A stretch of 44,996 bases of DNA. Origin: a virus (taxonomy: Duplodnaviria > Caudoviricetes). Made by a program: the position numbers and the translations under genes. Below, in pieces: positions 37,147 to 44,996 of the stretch. Location: the IMG/VR virus record IMGVR_UViG_3300014208_000065, positions 1 through 44,996 of that record; one strand, written 5' to 3'. The notes beneath the pieces were generated by a model. The model saw only the letters and a list, made by a program, of their open reading frames with translations. It was not told the origin of the DNA and searched no databases. Every line of letters begins with the position of its first letter. Positions within the stretch are counted from its first letter, which is position 1.

Positions 37147-37482
37147 ATGAAACTCGAAGTGCACGAGCGACTGGCACTCCCTAACCTGCTTCCAACAGAG
37201 GGAGAGTACGCTGCATTGAAGACTCTCCGGCAGGCACGGGAGATGTTTTCGTTTACCCCGGAGGAGGTGAAGTTCTACGAACTGCGCACCGATAAGCAAG
37301 CGGACGGGACGAGCAAGGTAGTATGGAATGTGGATCGGGCGCGCGAGCAGGTGAAAGACTGCCCGGTGACCGAGTACATCATGGATGTCATCCGCACCAG
37401 GCTGGTACAGATGAACAACGACAAGAAGCTGACTGAAGGTTACTTCAGCTTGTTCGAGAAGTTCGTGATGATGTACAAATGA
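37147..37482 (+). CDS. Hypothetical protein (paralog of N-terminus of 39066-39983)
   Basis: MKLEVHERLAL..LL..EG vs MKLEAGERAAL..LL...EG. Confidence 0.7.
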   Translation: MKLEVHERLALPNLLPTEGEYAALKTLRQAREMFSFTPEEVKFYELRTDKQADGTSKVVWNVDRAREQVKDCPVTEYIMDVIRTRLVQMNNDKKLTEGYFSLFEKFVMMYK

Positions 37483-38294
37483 GCAACCAGATCCCCATCA
37501 TGGTGGCTAACGACAGCGACCGGTGCAACTGCCCGACCTGCGGAATGGCGGTGCGCCTGGTGCGCCGGACGACCGGCGAGGCTGACCACTACGAAGCTTT
37601 GATTGTCGGAGAAGATGTGGCGAAGGTGCTGAGACCGCAAGACCCGGAGATCGCCAAGAGACTGCGTGAGCTGCGGGCAGGAAAGAAGACCGTGGCAATC
37701 GTCGGCATGTCGCCCACATCCTGTAGCCTGGCACCGTTCGATGATATGGGATGCGAGATATGGGGGCTGAACGAGACCCACGCATTCCCGCAGTGGTTCA
37801 AGCGAGCGGACCGCTGGTTCCAAATCCACGATAACGAAATCTGGCACAGGCTGATTGCCAAGCGCAACGTACGCGGGCACATGGACTGGCTGCGCAAGAA
37901 CCCCTGGGACATCCCCATCTACATGCAGTACTACAGCGAAGAAGTGCCGAAGTCTATCGGCTACCCGCTGCATGAAGTGGTGGAGCTGGTGTTTAAGAAC
38001 TTCTGGCGGGGAGACAAGAAGGTCAAGTATTTCACATCCACCTTTGCCTACATGATGGGGATTGCCATCCTGGAGGGGAGGGAGCCGGACAAGCCGGACG
38101 TGAAGCCGTTCGAGCGCATTGAAATATACGGCTTCGAGATGGCGGACGACATCGAGTATGTGAAACAGAAAGCGTGCGCCGAGTTCTGGATTGGATACGC
38201 GATGGCGCTGGGTATTGAAATCTATACACCGCCCAACTGCCAGATCCTGTATTCCGAACTCTATGGCGGTAACGAACAAGGGAGTGGGTGGTGA
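37479..38294 (+). CDS. Sialyltransferase/Maf-like Rossmann-fold transferase, copy 1
   Basis: KTVAIVG...EIWGLN...STFAYM..AI...ERIEIYGFEM; N-terminal CPTC. Confidence 0.5.
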   Translation: MSNQIPIMVANDSDRCNCPTCGMAVRLVRRTTGEADHYEALIVGEDVAKVLRPQDPEIAKRLRELRAGKKTVAIVGMSPTSCSLAPFDDMGCEIWGLNETHAFPQWFKRADRWFQIHDNEIWHRLIAKRNVRGHMDWLRKNPWDIPIYMQYYSEEVPKSIGYPLHEVVELVFKNFWRGDKKVKYFTSTFAYMMGIAILEGREPDKPDVKPFERIEIYGFEMADDIEYVKQKACAEFWIGYAMALGIEIYTPPNCQILYSELYGGNEQGSGW

Positions 38295-38295
38295 G

Positions 38296-39066
38296 ATGGC
38301 AGATAAAGAACATCCGCTCGACTTTGAAGTAGTGGAGCGCTGCCCGCTGTGCGGCGGTGTGGGTGTTTACTACGCCAGCAGCAACAAGGACAAGCACGTC
38401 GTCAACATGGACAAGTGCGTGGAGTGCGGTGTGCTCTACCAGAACCCGCGCATGACAGAGAAGTCCAGCCTGGAATACTACGCCAGCGAGAACTACCACC
38501 GGGAGTATTCCCCGAACCCGATGGGGGCACAGATACGCACCAACCGGGTGATGTCCATTCTGCAAGGGATGGAGCTGGAGCCGAAGCGTGCACTGGACTA
38601 CGGGTGCGGGCGGGGCTATCTGCTGAGAGCCATCGAGGACTACTGCGGATCGGAAATCCTGGGCTATGACATATATAACTTTCGCAACAGCGTGCTGCGG
38701 GAAGAGAACAGGACCGGCGACCGGGACAGCATCGAGGGCAAGTTTGACCTGATTACCTGCGTGCATGTCCTGGAGCACCTGTACGACCCGCAGGATGCGC
38801 TGAACTGGATCAAAGAGCGAATAGCGCCAGGCGGGACGGTGTATCTGGAAGTTCCGTTCGACGGGAAAATCTATCTGCCGCACGTCTATTGTTTCGATAA
38901 CATGTCGTTCCGATACATGCTGGAACGCCTGAACATGAGCGCACTGTACTTGGAATACGACTACCTGGGCATCTACCTGGTGGGCGATAAGTACAAGAAC
39001 ATGAACGCTGAGAAGATTGTTGGCGTATCGAACGCCTATTCTTTATGGGATGGAGTGTACCGCTGA
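38296..39066 (+). CDS. Class I SAM-dependent methyltransferase with N-terminal Zn ribbon
   Basis: LDYGCGRG, FDLITCVHVLEHLYDP, PGG; CPLC/CVEC. Confidence 0.9.
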   Translation: MADKEHPLDFEVVERCPLCGGVGVYYASSNKDKHVVNMDKCVECGVLYQNPRMTEKSSLEYYASENYHREYSPNPMGAQIRTNRVMSILQGMELEPKRALDYGCGRGYLLRAIEDYCGSEILGYDIYNFRNSVLREENRTGDRDSIEGKFDLITCVHVLEHLYDPQDALNWIKERIAPGGTVYLEVPFDGKIYLPHVYCFDNMSFRYMLERLNMSALYLEYDYLGIYLVGDKYKNMNAEKIVGVSNAYSLWDGVYR

Positions 39067-39983
39067 TGAAACTAGAAGCCGGAGAACGGGCCGCATTGAT
39101 CCAGCTCTTGACGATCAGCGAGGGCAAGTACGACGCGATGCACACGCTGAGGCGGGTAAGGGGCATGGTTGGGTTCGACGCGGGCGAGATGGACAGACTG
39201 CGGAATGATGAAAGGATCGAAGCGAAAGAGATCTTTCTGGACGATTGGACGAAGAGTTATATCGCTGATGAACTGCGCCAGGTGGAAGCCGCCGGGAAGC
39301 TGGTGATGGACCTACTGCCATTGTATGACAAGTTCGTGTTCGCTGATTTCAGCGACAGGCTGGACAAGATGGACGAGGGGGAAGCGGAGCGCTTGAGGCT
39401 GGACCGGGAAGGAAAGAAGACCGTGGCGCTGGTGGGATTGTCATTGCGTTCGTGCGGGATGGCTCCATTCCAAAATTCAGATGTTGAATTATGGGGCGAG
39501 AACGAGTCGCACGCATTCGGGTTCTTCAGTAGGGCTACTCGCTGGTTCCAGATCCACAGTTCTTACCGGACTAAGATAGCCAAGCGGGGGATCGTGGGTC
39601 ATTACGAGTGGCTGAAAGCTAACCCGTGGGGGATCCCGATCTACATGCAGCAAGCTAAGGCGGAGATACCGCACAGCGTGAGCTACCCGCTGGATAGGAT
39701 CTGCAACGGGATCTTGTGGAATGTGAAGCGGGGGCGAGACCCGATCAAGTATTTCAATAGCTCGTTCGACTACATGATTGCGCTGGCTGTGCTGGAGAAG
39801 TTTGAGCGGATCGAGGTGTATGGCTTCGACATGGCTGGGGATAACGAGTATGCGCTCCAGAAGCCGAGCGCCGAGTTCTGGCTGGGGATTGCGAGCCAGA
39901 ATGCCGAGATCTATTTGCCGGACAACTGCCTGCTGTTGAAGGGCGAGTTGTACGGTGGGAAAGAACAGGGCGCGGGATGGTAA
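39066..39983 (+). CDS. Fusion of 37147-like domain and sialyltransferase/Maf-like domain, copy 2
   Basis: KTVALVG...ELWGEN...SSFDYMIALA...ERIEVYGFDM. Confidence 0.55.
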   Translation: MKLEAGERAALIQLLTISEGKYDAMHTLRRVRGMVGFDAGEMDRLRNDERIEAKEIFLDDWTKSYIADELRQVEAAGKLVMDLLPLYDKFVFADFSDRLDKMDEGEAERLRLDREGKKTVALVGLSLRSCGMAPFQNSDVELWGENESHAFGFFSRATRWFQIHSSYRTKIAKRGIVGHYEWLKANPWGIPIYMQQAKAEIPHSVSYPLDRICNGILWNVKRGRDPIKYFNSSFDYMIALAVLEKFERIEVYGFDMAGDNEYALQKPSAEFWLGIASQNAEIYLPDNCLLLKGELYGGKEQGAGW

Positions 39984-39999
39984 GAGAAAGGAACATGGA

Positions 40000-40200
40000 A
40001 TGAGTAAAAGAACAGATCAGAAGATAGCGGACCTCGAGGACCGAGTGAGTAAATTGGAAAACGCAAGAGATATACCCCGCTGTCCAACATGTGGCGCAGA
40101 AGTTTATTCTGCTATATGGTCCACAGACACACCTTCCACAATCATCAAGGTATGTGCGAATGGACACAGGTGGGCAGAAGGACTAGCGGCATGGCAGTAA
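40000..40200 (+). CDS. Small zinc-ribbon protein
   Basis: CPTC...CANGH. Confidence 0.5.
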   Translation: MSKRTDQKIADLEDRVSKLENARDIPRCPTCGAEVYSAIWSTDTPSTIIKVCANGHRWAEGLAAWQ

Positions 40201-40382
40201 GAGTTGATGAGCTGCTGGATTTCAGAAGCAGGTGTCAGAGGTTGGCACTGGAATACGAAACCGCAGTGCGGGATTATCACGATCTGCTTGTAGCGGCGAT
40301 TGCGGAAACCGGATTGTCGCGGGAACAACGGATGATTTTTGTCGAGTGGCTTCACGAACTGAAGCTAGAAAAGGATGAGTAA
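40191..40382 (+). CDS. Hypothetical protein
   Basis: Operon packing. Confidence 0.4.
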   Translation: MAVRVDELLDFRSRCQRLALEYETAVRDYHDLLVAAIAETGLSREQRMIFVEWLHELKLEKDE

Positions 40383-40656
40383 CATGAACGAGGCGCGCTT
40401 CGATAGCGTATCAGATCACTATATCTTTGTTGTTAATGATTTAGTGCAGAAGATGCAGGACACATCTGGCCTTTGCTTTGAATACTACCGCAGACTTGTT
40501 GAATACAACAACGAAGTCTGTCGCCTCAGGAGTCTACTCAAGAAACACGGGATCGACTGGAAAGAGGATCTTGAAGAGTGGGGGGCGTATCTGGAGGCTT
40601 ACAAGAAAGACATGGAAAGTAGACGCGAACAGAGAAAGGAAGCACAAGATGACTGA
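40375..40656 (+). CDS. Hypothetical protein
   Basis: Operon packing. Confidence 0.5.
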   Translation: MSNMNEARFDSVSDHYIFVVNDLVQKMQDTSGLCFEYYRRLVEYNNEVCRLRSLLKKHGIDWKEDLEEWGAYLEAYKKDMESRREQRKEAQDD

Positions 40657-41065
40657 GACACGAAAGAAAGTTGTGATGATTGACACAAGCAAGCCGCTCC
40701 TGGTAGTGAAAGGCGACCAGGTTGTTGAGGTTCCGCCGGTTGAGGTGGCGGAAGAACTGGAAGCCGTTGAAGATAGCGTCAAGCCGCAGCACCACATCAA
40801 GCTTGAAGGTGGCAAGGAAGCGGTCTACGAATACTACGCAGACTGTGTTGACTGCGCTGCCGAAGGGAAGGAGATGCCCGTGTTTGTGTGCAAGACGCAC
40901 CCGATCCGAGCCGATGAGATGATGGGCAACCAACTTGCCGGGTTCTGGAACGATGGCGGCGGCATATCAACCCCGCTGTGCATGAGGCACTACGCGATCC
41001 GGCTGGGGAATATCCCGAAGTCTGATCCAAGTGTTGAATACAAGGTGCTGGAAAGAACATGGTAA
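40649..41065 (+). CDS. Hypothetical Cys-containing protein
   Basis: Likely ATG at 40649; CVDC...C..H. Confidence 0.55.
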   Translation: MTETRKKVVMIDTSKPLLVVKGDQVVEVPPVEVAEELEAVEDSVKPQHHIKLEGGKEAVYEYYADCVDCAAEGKEMPVFVCKTHPIRADEMMGNQLAGFWNDGGGISTPLCMRHYAIRLGNIPKSDPSVEYKVLERTW

Positions 41066-41080
41066 CGAAAGGAGGAAGAC

Positions 41081-41851
41081 ATGCCTAACACACGCAGAGA
41101 ACTGGACGTGAACCAATGGTGGCTTAAGGGAGGCGTTGACCCGCGCGATTGTCTGGCTGCCTTCCAGCCGATCGGTGCAAGTGGGATCACGCAGAGCTTG
41201 CAGAATATCAACGGGCGCGGTGCCAACAATGCCGCCATCGGAGTGACCCCAACGTTCGATAAGAAGACCGGCTGGACGTTCGACGGAGCGACCACCTACC
41301 TGACGGTGGGGACTGGCGCGATCAAGTCCGGCGTTCCGCTCTCGATGATCTGCCTGTTCCAAGGCGATGCGATCACCACCCTGTACGACTTGATGCACGT
41401 CAGTCATAGCACGGCTGATAGCGGGTTCAAGCTGCAAGCCGCGGGAGCTACCTCGGGTGATCCGGTCAGAGCATTGTCAGAACTGGCAACGACGGAAGTG
41501 GTTGCAACCACGGGCACTGGGTTCGTTGCATCGAAATGGTGCGTGGGTGCGGCTGTGTTCTCTGCCGTGGATGCACGGGCGGCATACATCCTGTCGGATA
41601 ACAGCCGGCGAACCGCCTACAAGAACGTGGTTAACTGGGGTGACAAGGGCGTTGAGACAACCTCCAACACGCCAGTCAATCTGGATGGTACGTATATCGG
41701 GAGCGCTTACTCTGGTGCGGGAACAGCCCTGGCGAATGTTCTGGCTGGCAAGATCGGCGCTTGTGCGTTTTACAGCATCGCTCTATCGGATAAGCAGGTG
41801 ATGGAGATTGGCCTGGCGCTGCACGACCTGGTGCTGATGGCGAATAACTAG
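41081..41851 (+). CDS. LamG/concanavalin-like virion protein
   Basis: GWTFDG...YL, YIG, G.IG....YSIALS..QV motifs; AAGGAGG RBS. Confidence 0.7.
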   Translation: MPNTRRELDVNQWWLKGGVDPRDCLAAFQPIGASGITQSLQNINGRGANNAAIGVTPTFDKKTGWTFDGATTYLTVGTGAIKSGVPLSMICLFQGDAITTLYDLMHVSHSTADSGFKLQAAGATSGDPVRALSELATTEVVATTGTGFVASKWCVGAAVFSAVDARAAYILSDNSRRTAYKNVVNWGDKGVETTSNTPVNLDGTYIGSAYSGAGTALANVLAGKIGACAFYSIALSDKQVMEIGLALHDLVLMANN

Positions 41852-41860
41852 GGGTGCGCT

Positions 41861-42613
41861 ATGCCTGACTTCAACAATGATCGAGAGCTAGGTCAGGGCA
41901 AGATCGTGTATGCCGTGCGTAATGCACACAAGGGGCTGCCGATCAAGAAGGTTCACACGGGCAAGGGCGACCTGGAGCTGGACAGCCGGGGGCGCTGCAT
42001 CGTGAAAGACCATGCCCTGGCCGCCGAAATACGAAAGGAGTATCCGCATGATCTGGCGGTTAGCAGGTTGTTTGTGAACGACGCAGCGGACCGGGGGCAC
42101 AGGTTTCACTTCGGACAGATGCCCGAAATGCCCTGGAAGATTCGGGAAAGACTTGAGCGAGAGCTGCAAGAATTTGAGGAAGGATATGCCAAAAGGTCTG
42201 GCGTAACAGTTGAATGGCTGCATAGTCGCGGTCAATTTGGCGCGCCTTGTGATTGTGGCGAAGATGGTTGTAGTGGATGGCAGATGACAAGTCGGCATTT
42301 CTTGGAAACAGAGCCGATCTATAAGGTATTCAATCGATGGATCGATGCTCCTATTCTTGAGGTGACACCGGAGGAAGCCTATAAGCTCAGTGATACGGCT
42401 GACTTCTATGGTCTGAATAATTACCTCTTCGATGGACAGCCGCAACCTCAAGACGGTGAGATTGGATATAACGATAGCGTGAACAAACGTATTGTAATTA
42501 GTCGGCGCATCTGGGACACAGAGCCGACAGAAGGCGGCGAGACCGCGCAGGCTGAAACACCTGCGGAGGCACAACGTACTGATGTAAGTAAGGAGAATGA
42601 CAATGGCAGGTGA
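41861..42613 (+). CDS. Hypothetical protein
   Basis: Long ORF in operon; CDCGEDGC motif. Confidence 0.55.
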   Translation: MPDFNNDRELGQGKIVYAVRNAHKGLPIKKVHTGKGDLELDSRGRCIVKDHALAAEIRKEYPHDLAVSRLFVNDAADRGHRFHFGQMPEMPWKIRERLERELQEFEEGYAKRSGVTVEWLHSRGQFGAPCDCGEDGCSGWQMTSRHFLETEPIYKVFNRWIDAPILEVTPEEAYKLSDTADFYGLNNYLFDGQPQPQDGEIGYNDSVNKRIVISRRIWDTEPTEGGETAQAETPAEAQRTDVSKENDNGR

Positions 42614-42914
42614 AAGCCAATACACGAACTTCAATGTGGTAGTAAGCGGGGTTCAGGAAGGTGTCACAGCGGCGACGCAGCTCCAGAGTATTCCATGCAA
42701 CCTGGTGTTGTTCACAGCTGGCGCAACGAACACGGGCAACGTTTGCCTGGGCGGGTCTGGCGTGACGCTATCAACCAACGCGACGAACACGACCGGCGGT
42801 CTTGAGCTGGACGCGGGCGTAACGATCGGGCCGCTGCCGGTCAGCAACCTGTCCAATTTCTACTGCATTTGTACCAGCACCGCGGATTATCTGACCTATA
42901 TGATATTGAGGTAA
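42603..42914 (+). CDS. Small beta-sandwich virion protein
   Basis: N.G.V.LG...T....G.EL..G pattern; AAGGAG RBS. Confidence 0.55.
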   Translation: MAGESQYTNFNVVVSGVQEGVTAATQLQSIPCNLVLFTAGATNTGNVCLGGSGVTLSTNATNTTGGLELDAGVTIGPLPVSNLSNFYCICTSTADYLTYMILR

Positions 42915-42920
42915 GAGACC

Positions 42921-43223
42921 ATGAACCCTAATCAAGACGAGGACCCGCTTGGATTTGATCCGATTGCAAGCAGCCATAACAGCGGAGCGACCATCAGCAG
43001 CGTGACCACATTAGCCGCACCGGCACACGCAAAGAAGCTGATGATCCAGGCACTGACGCAGAACGTGCGCATCACGCTGGACGGAACGGCTGCAACCACG
43101 AGCGTTGGCTTCCAGCTTAAGGCAGGTGACCCGGTTGTGATCTTTCCGCTGGGTCCGCACAGCGTGATTAAGGTGATCGAAGAGACCGCTACCGCGAGCC
43201 TGCAATACTGCTTCGGATATTGA
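42921..43223 (+). CDS. Small beta-sandwich virion protein
   Basis: IQA..QNVR.TLDGT.AT..VG..L.AGD pattern. Confidence 0.6.
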   Translation: MNPNQDEDPLGFDPIASSHNSGATISSVTTLAAPAHAKKLMIQALTQNVRITLDGTAATTSVGFQLKAGDPVVIFPLGPHSVIKVIEETATASLQYCFGY

Positions 43224-43224
43224 T

Positions 43225-43524
43225 ATGACAAGATTCCGTCGCATCAAGTCCGCGAAGGTTCAGGCCTCCGATAACACTAACCGGATCACGGTGACATGGA
43301 TTGGACCGGACGCCGTTGAACGCACCTACACGGTGAACCAGCGCATATTGAACCGCTATGCCACGGCTGAGGCAGCGAAGGCGGCGCTGGACACATGGAC
43401 GCAGGCTAACTTTGGATACGTGATGAATGACATCTGGCTGCACAAGAACCGGGACGGCGTTACCTGGGCGATTGCAACGGGACAACAACCAACTGTGTGG
43501 CCTGAGGATGGGCCAGTAATATGA
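43225..43524 (+). CDS. Hypothetical protein
   Basis: Operon packing. Confidence 0.55.
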   Translation: MTRFRRIKSAKVQASDNTNRITVTWIGPDAVERTYTVNQRILNRYATAEAAKAALDTWTQANFGYVMNDIWLHKNRDGVTWAIATGQQPTVWPEDGPVI

Positions 43525-44258
43525 GCGTGATTGTCGATATTGATCTTGCTACTGACCTGTCCGAGTTTACCAGCACCACTACGGATTCTGGCGATCTATC
43601 TCAGGCAGCAGGTGCGGGGCTGGCGGGTACGTCCGGCGGTCTGTCGTGTGTCATCGATGACACCACGGCGATTTTCGGTCAACACGACCTTGCGTCTCCA
43701 TACAGCACAACCGGTATTCTTAGAGCGCGTTACTATGTCGATCCTAACTCTCTCACCATGGCGAACAACAACAGTTTCGTCATGTTTCGTTGTGATTCTA
43801 GTGCTGGTGTGCTTATATACTGCCATTTACGATATGTGACGGGAGAAGGTTATTACATCTACGGAACCACCTACAACGATGTTCCCACGCCAACAAACAC
43901 AGCATATTACGCGATCACGGATGGAGAACACTACGTAGAGGTTAAGTTAATTCGAGCTACAAATAACGCTTCGTCAGATGGTAGTTTTCAACTTTGGATT
44001 GATGGTGCAGATAAAGAAACCATATCCAATATCGACAACTATGACCGATTCGCTGCTTTTAAGACAAGCTATTTAGGGCCAGTAGTCGGTTTGGATGCTG
44101 GTACATCTGGAACATTCTACATGGACGAGCTGGTCATCAACGACGACGGCGGAGCGATTGGGCCAGTTGCGGCGGCTGGCGATCCGGAAGGTTCTTTGAT
44201 TGGCGGCAAGTTGCTGCGCGGCGGCTTGCTAACACATGGCGTACTAGTGAGAGGCTAA
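43521..44258 (+). CDS. Concanavalin/lectin-fold virion protein
   Basis: HYVEV...DG.FQLWIDG...FYMDELVI; AT-richer core. Confidence 0.55.
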   Translation: MSVIVDIDLATDLSEFTSTTTDSGDLSQAAGAGLAGTSGGLSCVIDDTTAIFGQHDLASPYSTTGILRARYYVDPNSLTMANNNSFVMFRCDSSAGVLIYCHLRYVTGEGYYIYGTTYNDVPTPTNTAYYAITDGEHYVEVKLIRATNNASSDGSFQLWIDGADKETISNIDNYDRFAAFKTSYLGPVVGLDAGTSGTFYMDELVINDDGGAIGPVAAAGDPEGSLIGGKLLRGGLLTHGVLVRG

Positions 44259-44259
44259 T

Positions 44260-44996
44260 ATGGGGTACCCTATTTTTTACGTTCCCGCAGGCGATACACT
44301 GCCTATCCTGTTCGATTCCTTCGACGGCGGCACGGGCGCAAGCATCACCCTGACCGGGCTGGCTGCGACGGATATCGAGATTTACAAAGACGGATCTACC
44401 ACGCAGCGGGCGTCCGATGCGGGCTACACCCTGCTGGACACGGACGGGATCGACTTCGACGGCATAACCGGCATTCATGGATTCTCGATTGACACCAGCG
44501 ATAACACCGATGCGAACTTTTACGCGGTGGGGGCGTGGTATCACGTGGTTGTGTCTGCGGTGACGATTGATGCGCAGACGGTTAACTTTATCGCCGCCGC
44601 CTTCAGGATCATGGAAGCGGAAGCCACCGCGGGTGTGCCGGACGTGAACGTGTCGCATATCAGCGATGATGCCACGGCTGCCAACAATGCCGAACTGATG
44701 TTCGATGGGACGGGCTACGCGGGCGGTACAACGAAGCTGGACGTGAACACGGCAACCATAACCAATGATGCGATCACCGCTGCCGCGATCCAGAACGGGG
44801 CGATTGACGCGGCAACGTTTGCGGCTGGGGCTATCAATGCTGCGGCTATTGCAGATGCGGCTATTGATGCCGCCACGTTCGCTGCTGGTGCGATTAATGC
44901 GGCTGCTATCGCTGATGCGGCAATCGATGCTGCTACCTTCGCGGCCGGCGCAATCAATGCGGCAGCCATCGCGACGGATGCGGTGGATGCGGATGC
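44260..44996 (+). CDS. 5' part of junction-spanning virion protein (continues to 370)
   Basis: ATG 44260 with GAGG RBS, open to the window end; missed by ORF track. Confidence 0.8.
   Translation, partial: MGYPIFYVPAGDTLPILFDSFDGGTGASITLTGLAATDIEIYKDGSTTQRASDAGYTLLDTDGIDFDGITGIHGFSIDTSDNTDANFYAVGAWYHVVVSAVTIDAQTVNFIAAAFRIMEAEATAGVPDVNVSHISDDATAANNAELMFDGTGYAGGTTKLDVNTATITNDAITAAAIQNGAIDAATFAAGAINAAAIADAAIDAATFAAGAINAAAIADAAIDAATFAAGAINAAAIATDAVDAD
44874..44996. repeat. Terminal direct repeat, right copy
   Basis: Identical to 1-123. Confidence 0.95.

Noticed and set aside
40649-40657. Exact matches of unit-6 spacers (ATGACTGAG at 40649; AAGATCCGG at 29841)
   Set aside because: The two halves are about 11 kb apart, and isolated 9-mer hits in 45 kb are expected by chance

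Overview
The window looks like one complete, circularly assembled tailed-phage genome of about 44,873 bp, since bases 1-123 are identical to 44874-44996. A + strand late arm (22102 across the junction to 7261) encodes terminase, portal, a 2221-aa injected polyvalent protein, scaffold, major capsid, a GIY-YIG endonuclease, a duplicated transferase-like/methyltransferase cassette and podovirus-style tail and decoration genes. A - strand arm (21699 to 7245) encodes a RHH regulator, RecT, a replication initiator with internal iterons, many small accessory genes, a lysis cassette and a metallophosphoesterase. I recognised no integrase, DNA polymerase, tRNA or CRISPR array. The main result is an RNA-guided system at 17866-18912. 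It consists of a promoter, a structured leader, a nuclease-less IS110/Nop-domain protein and a strictly 36-nt-periodic array of six units, each with two alternating 9-nt repeats and two 9-nt spacers. This is the TIGR-Tas (TasA-type) architecture, and it sits directly upstream of the replication initiator gene. There is also an unexplained ~140-nt structured ncRNA with its own promoter and terminator (21843-21983). All product calls come from motif recognition by eye; no searches were run.
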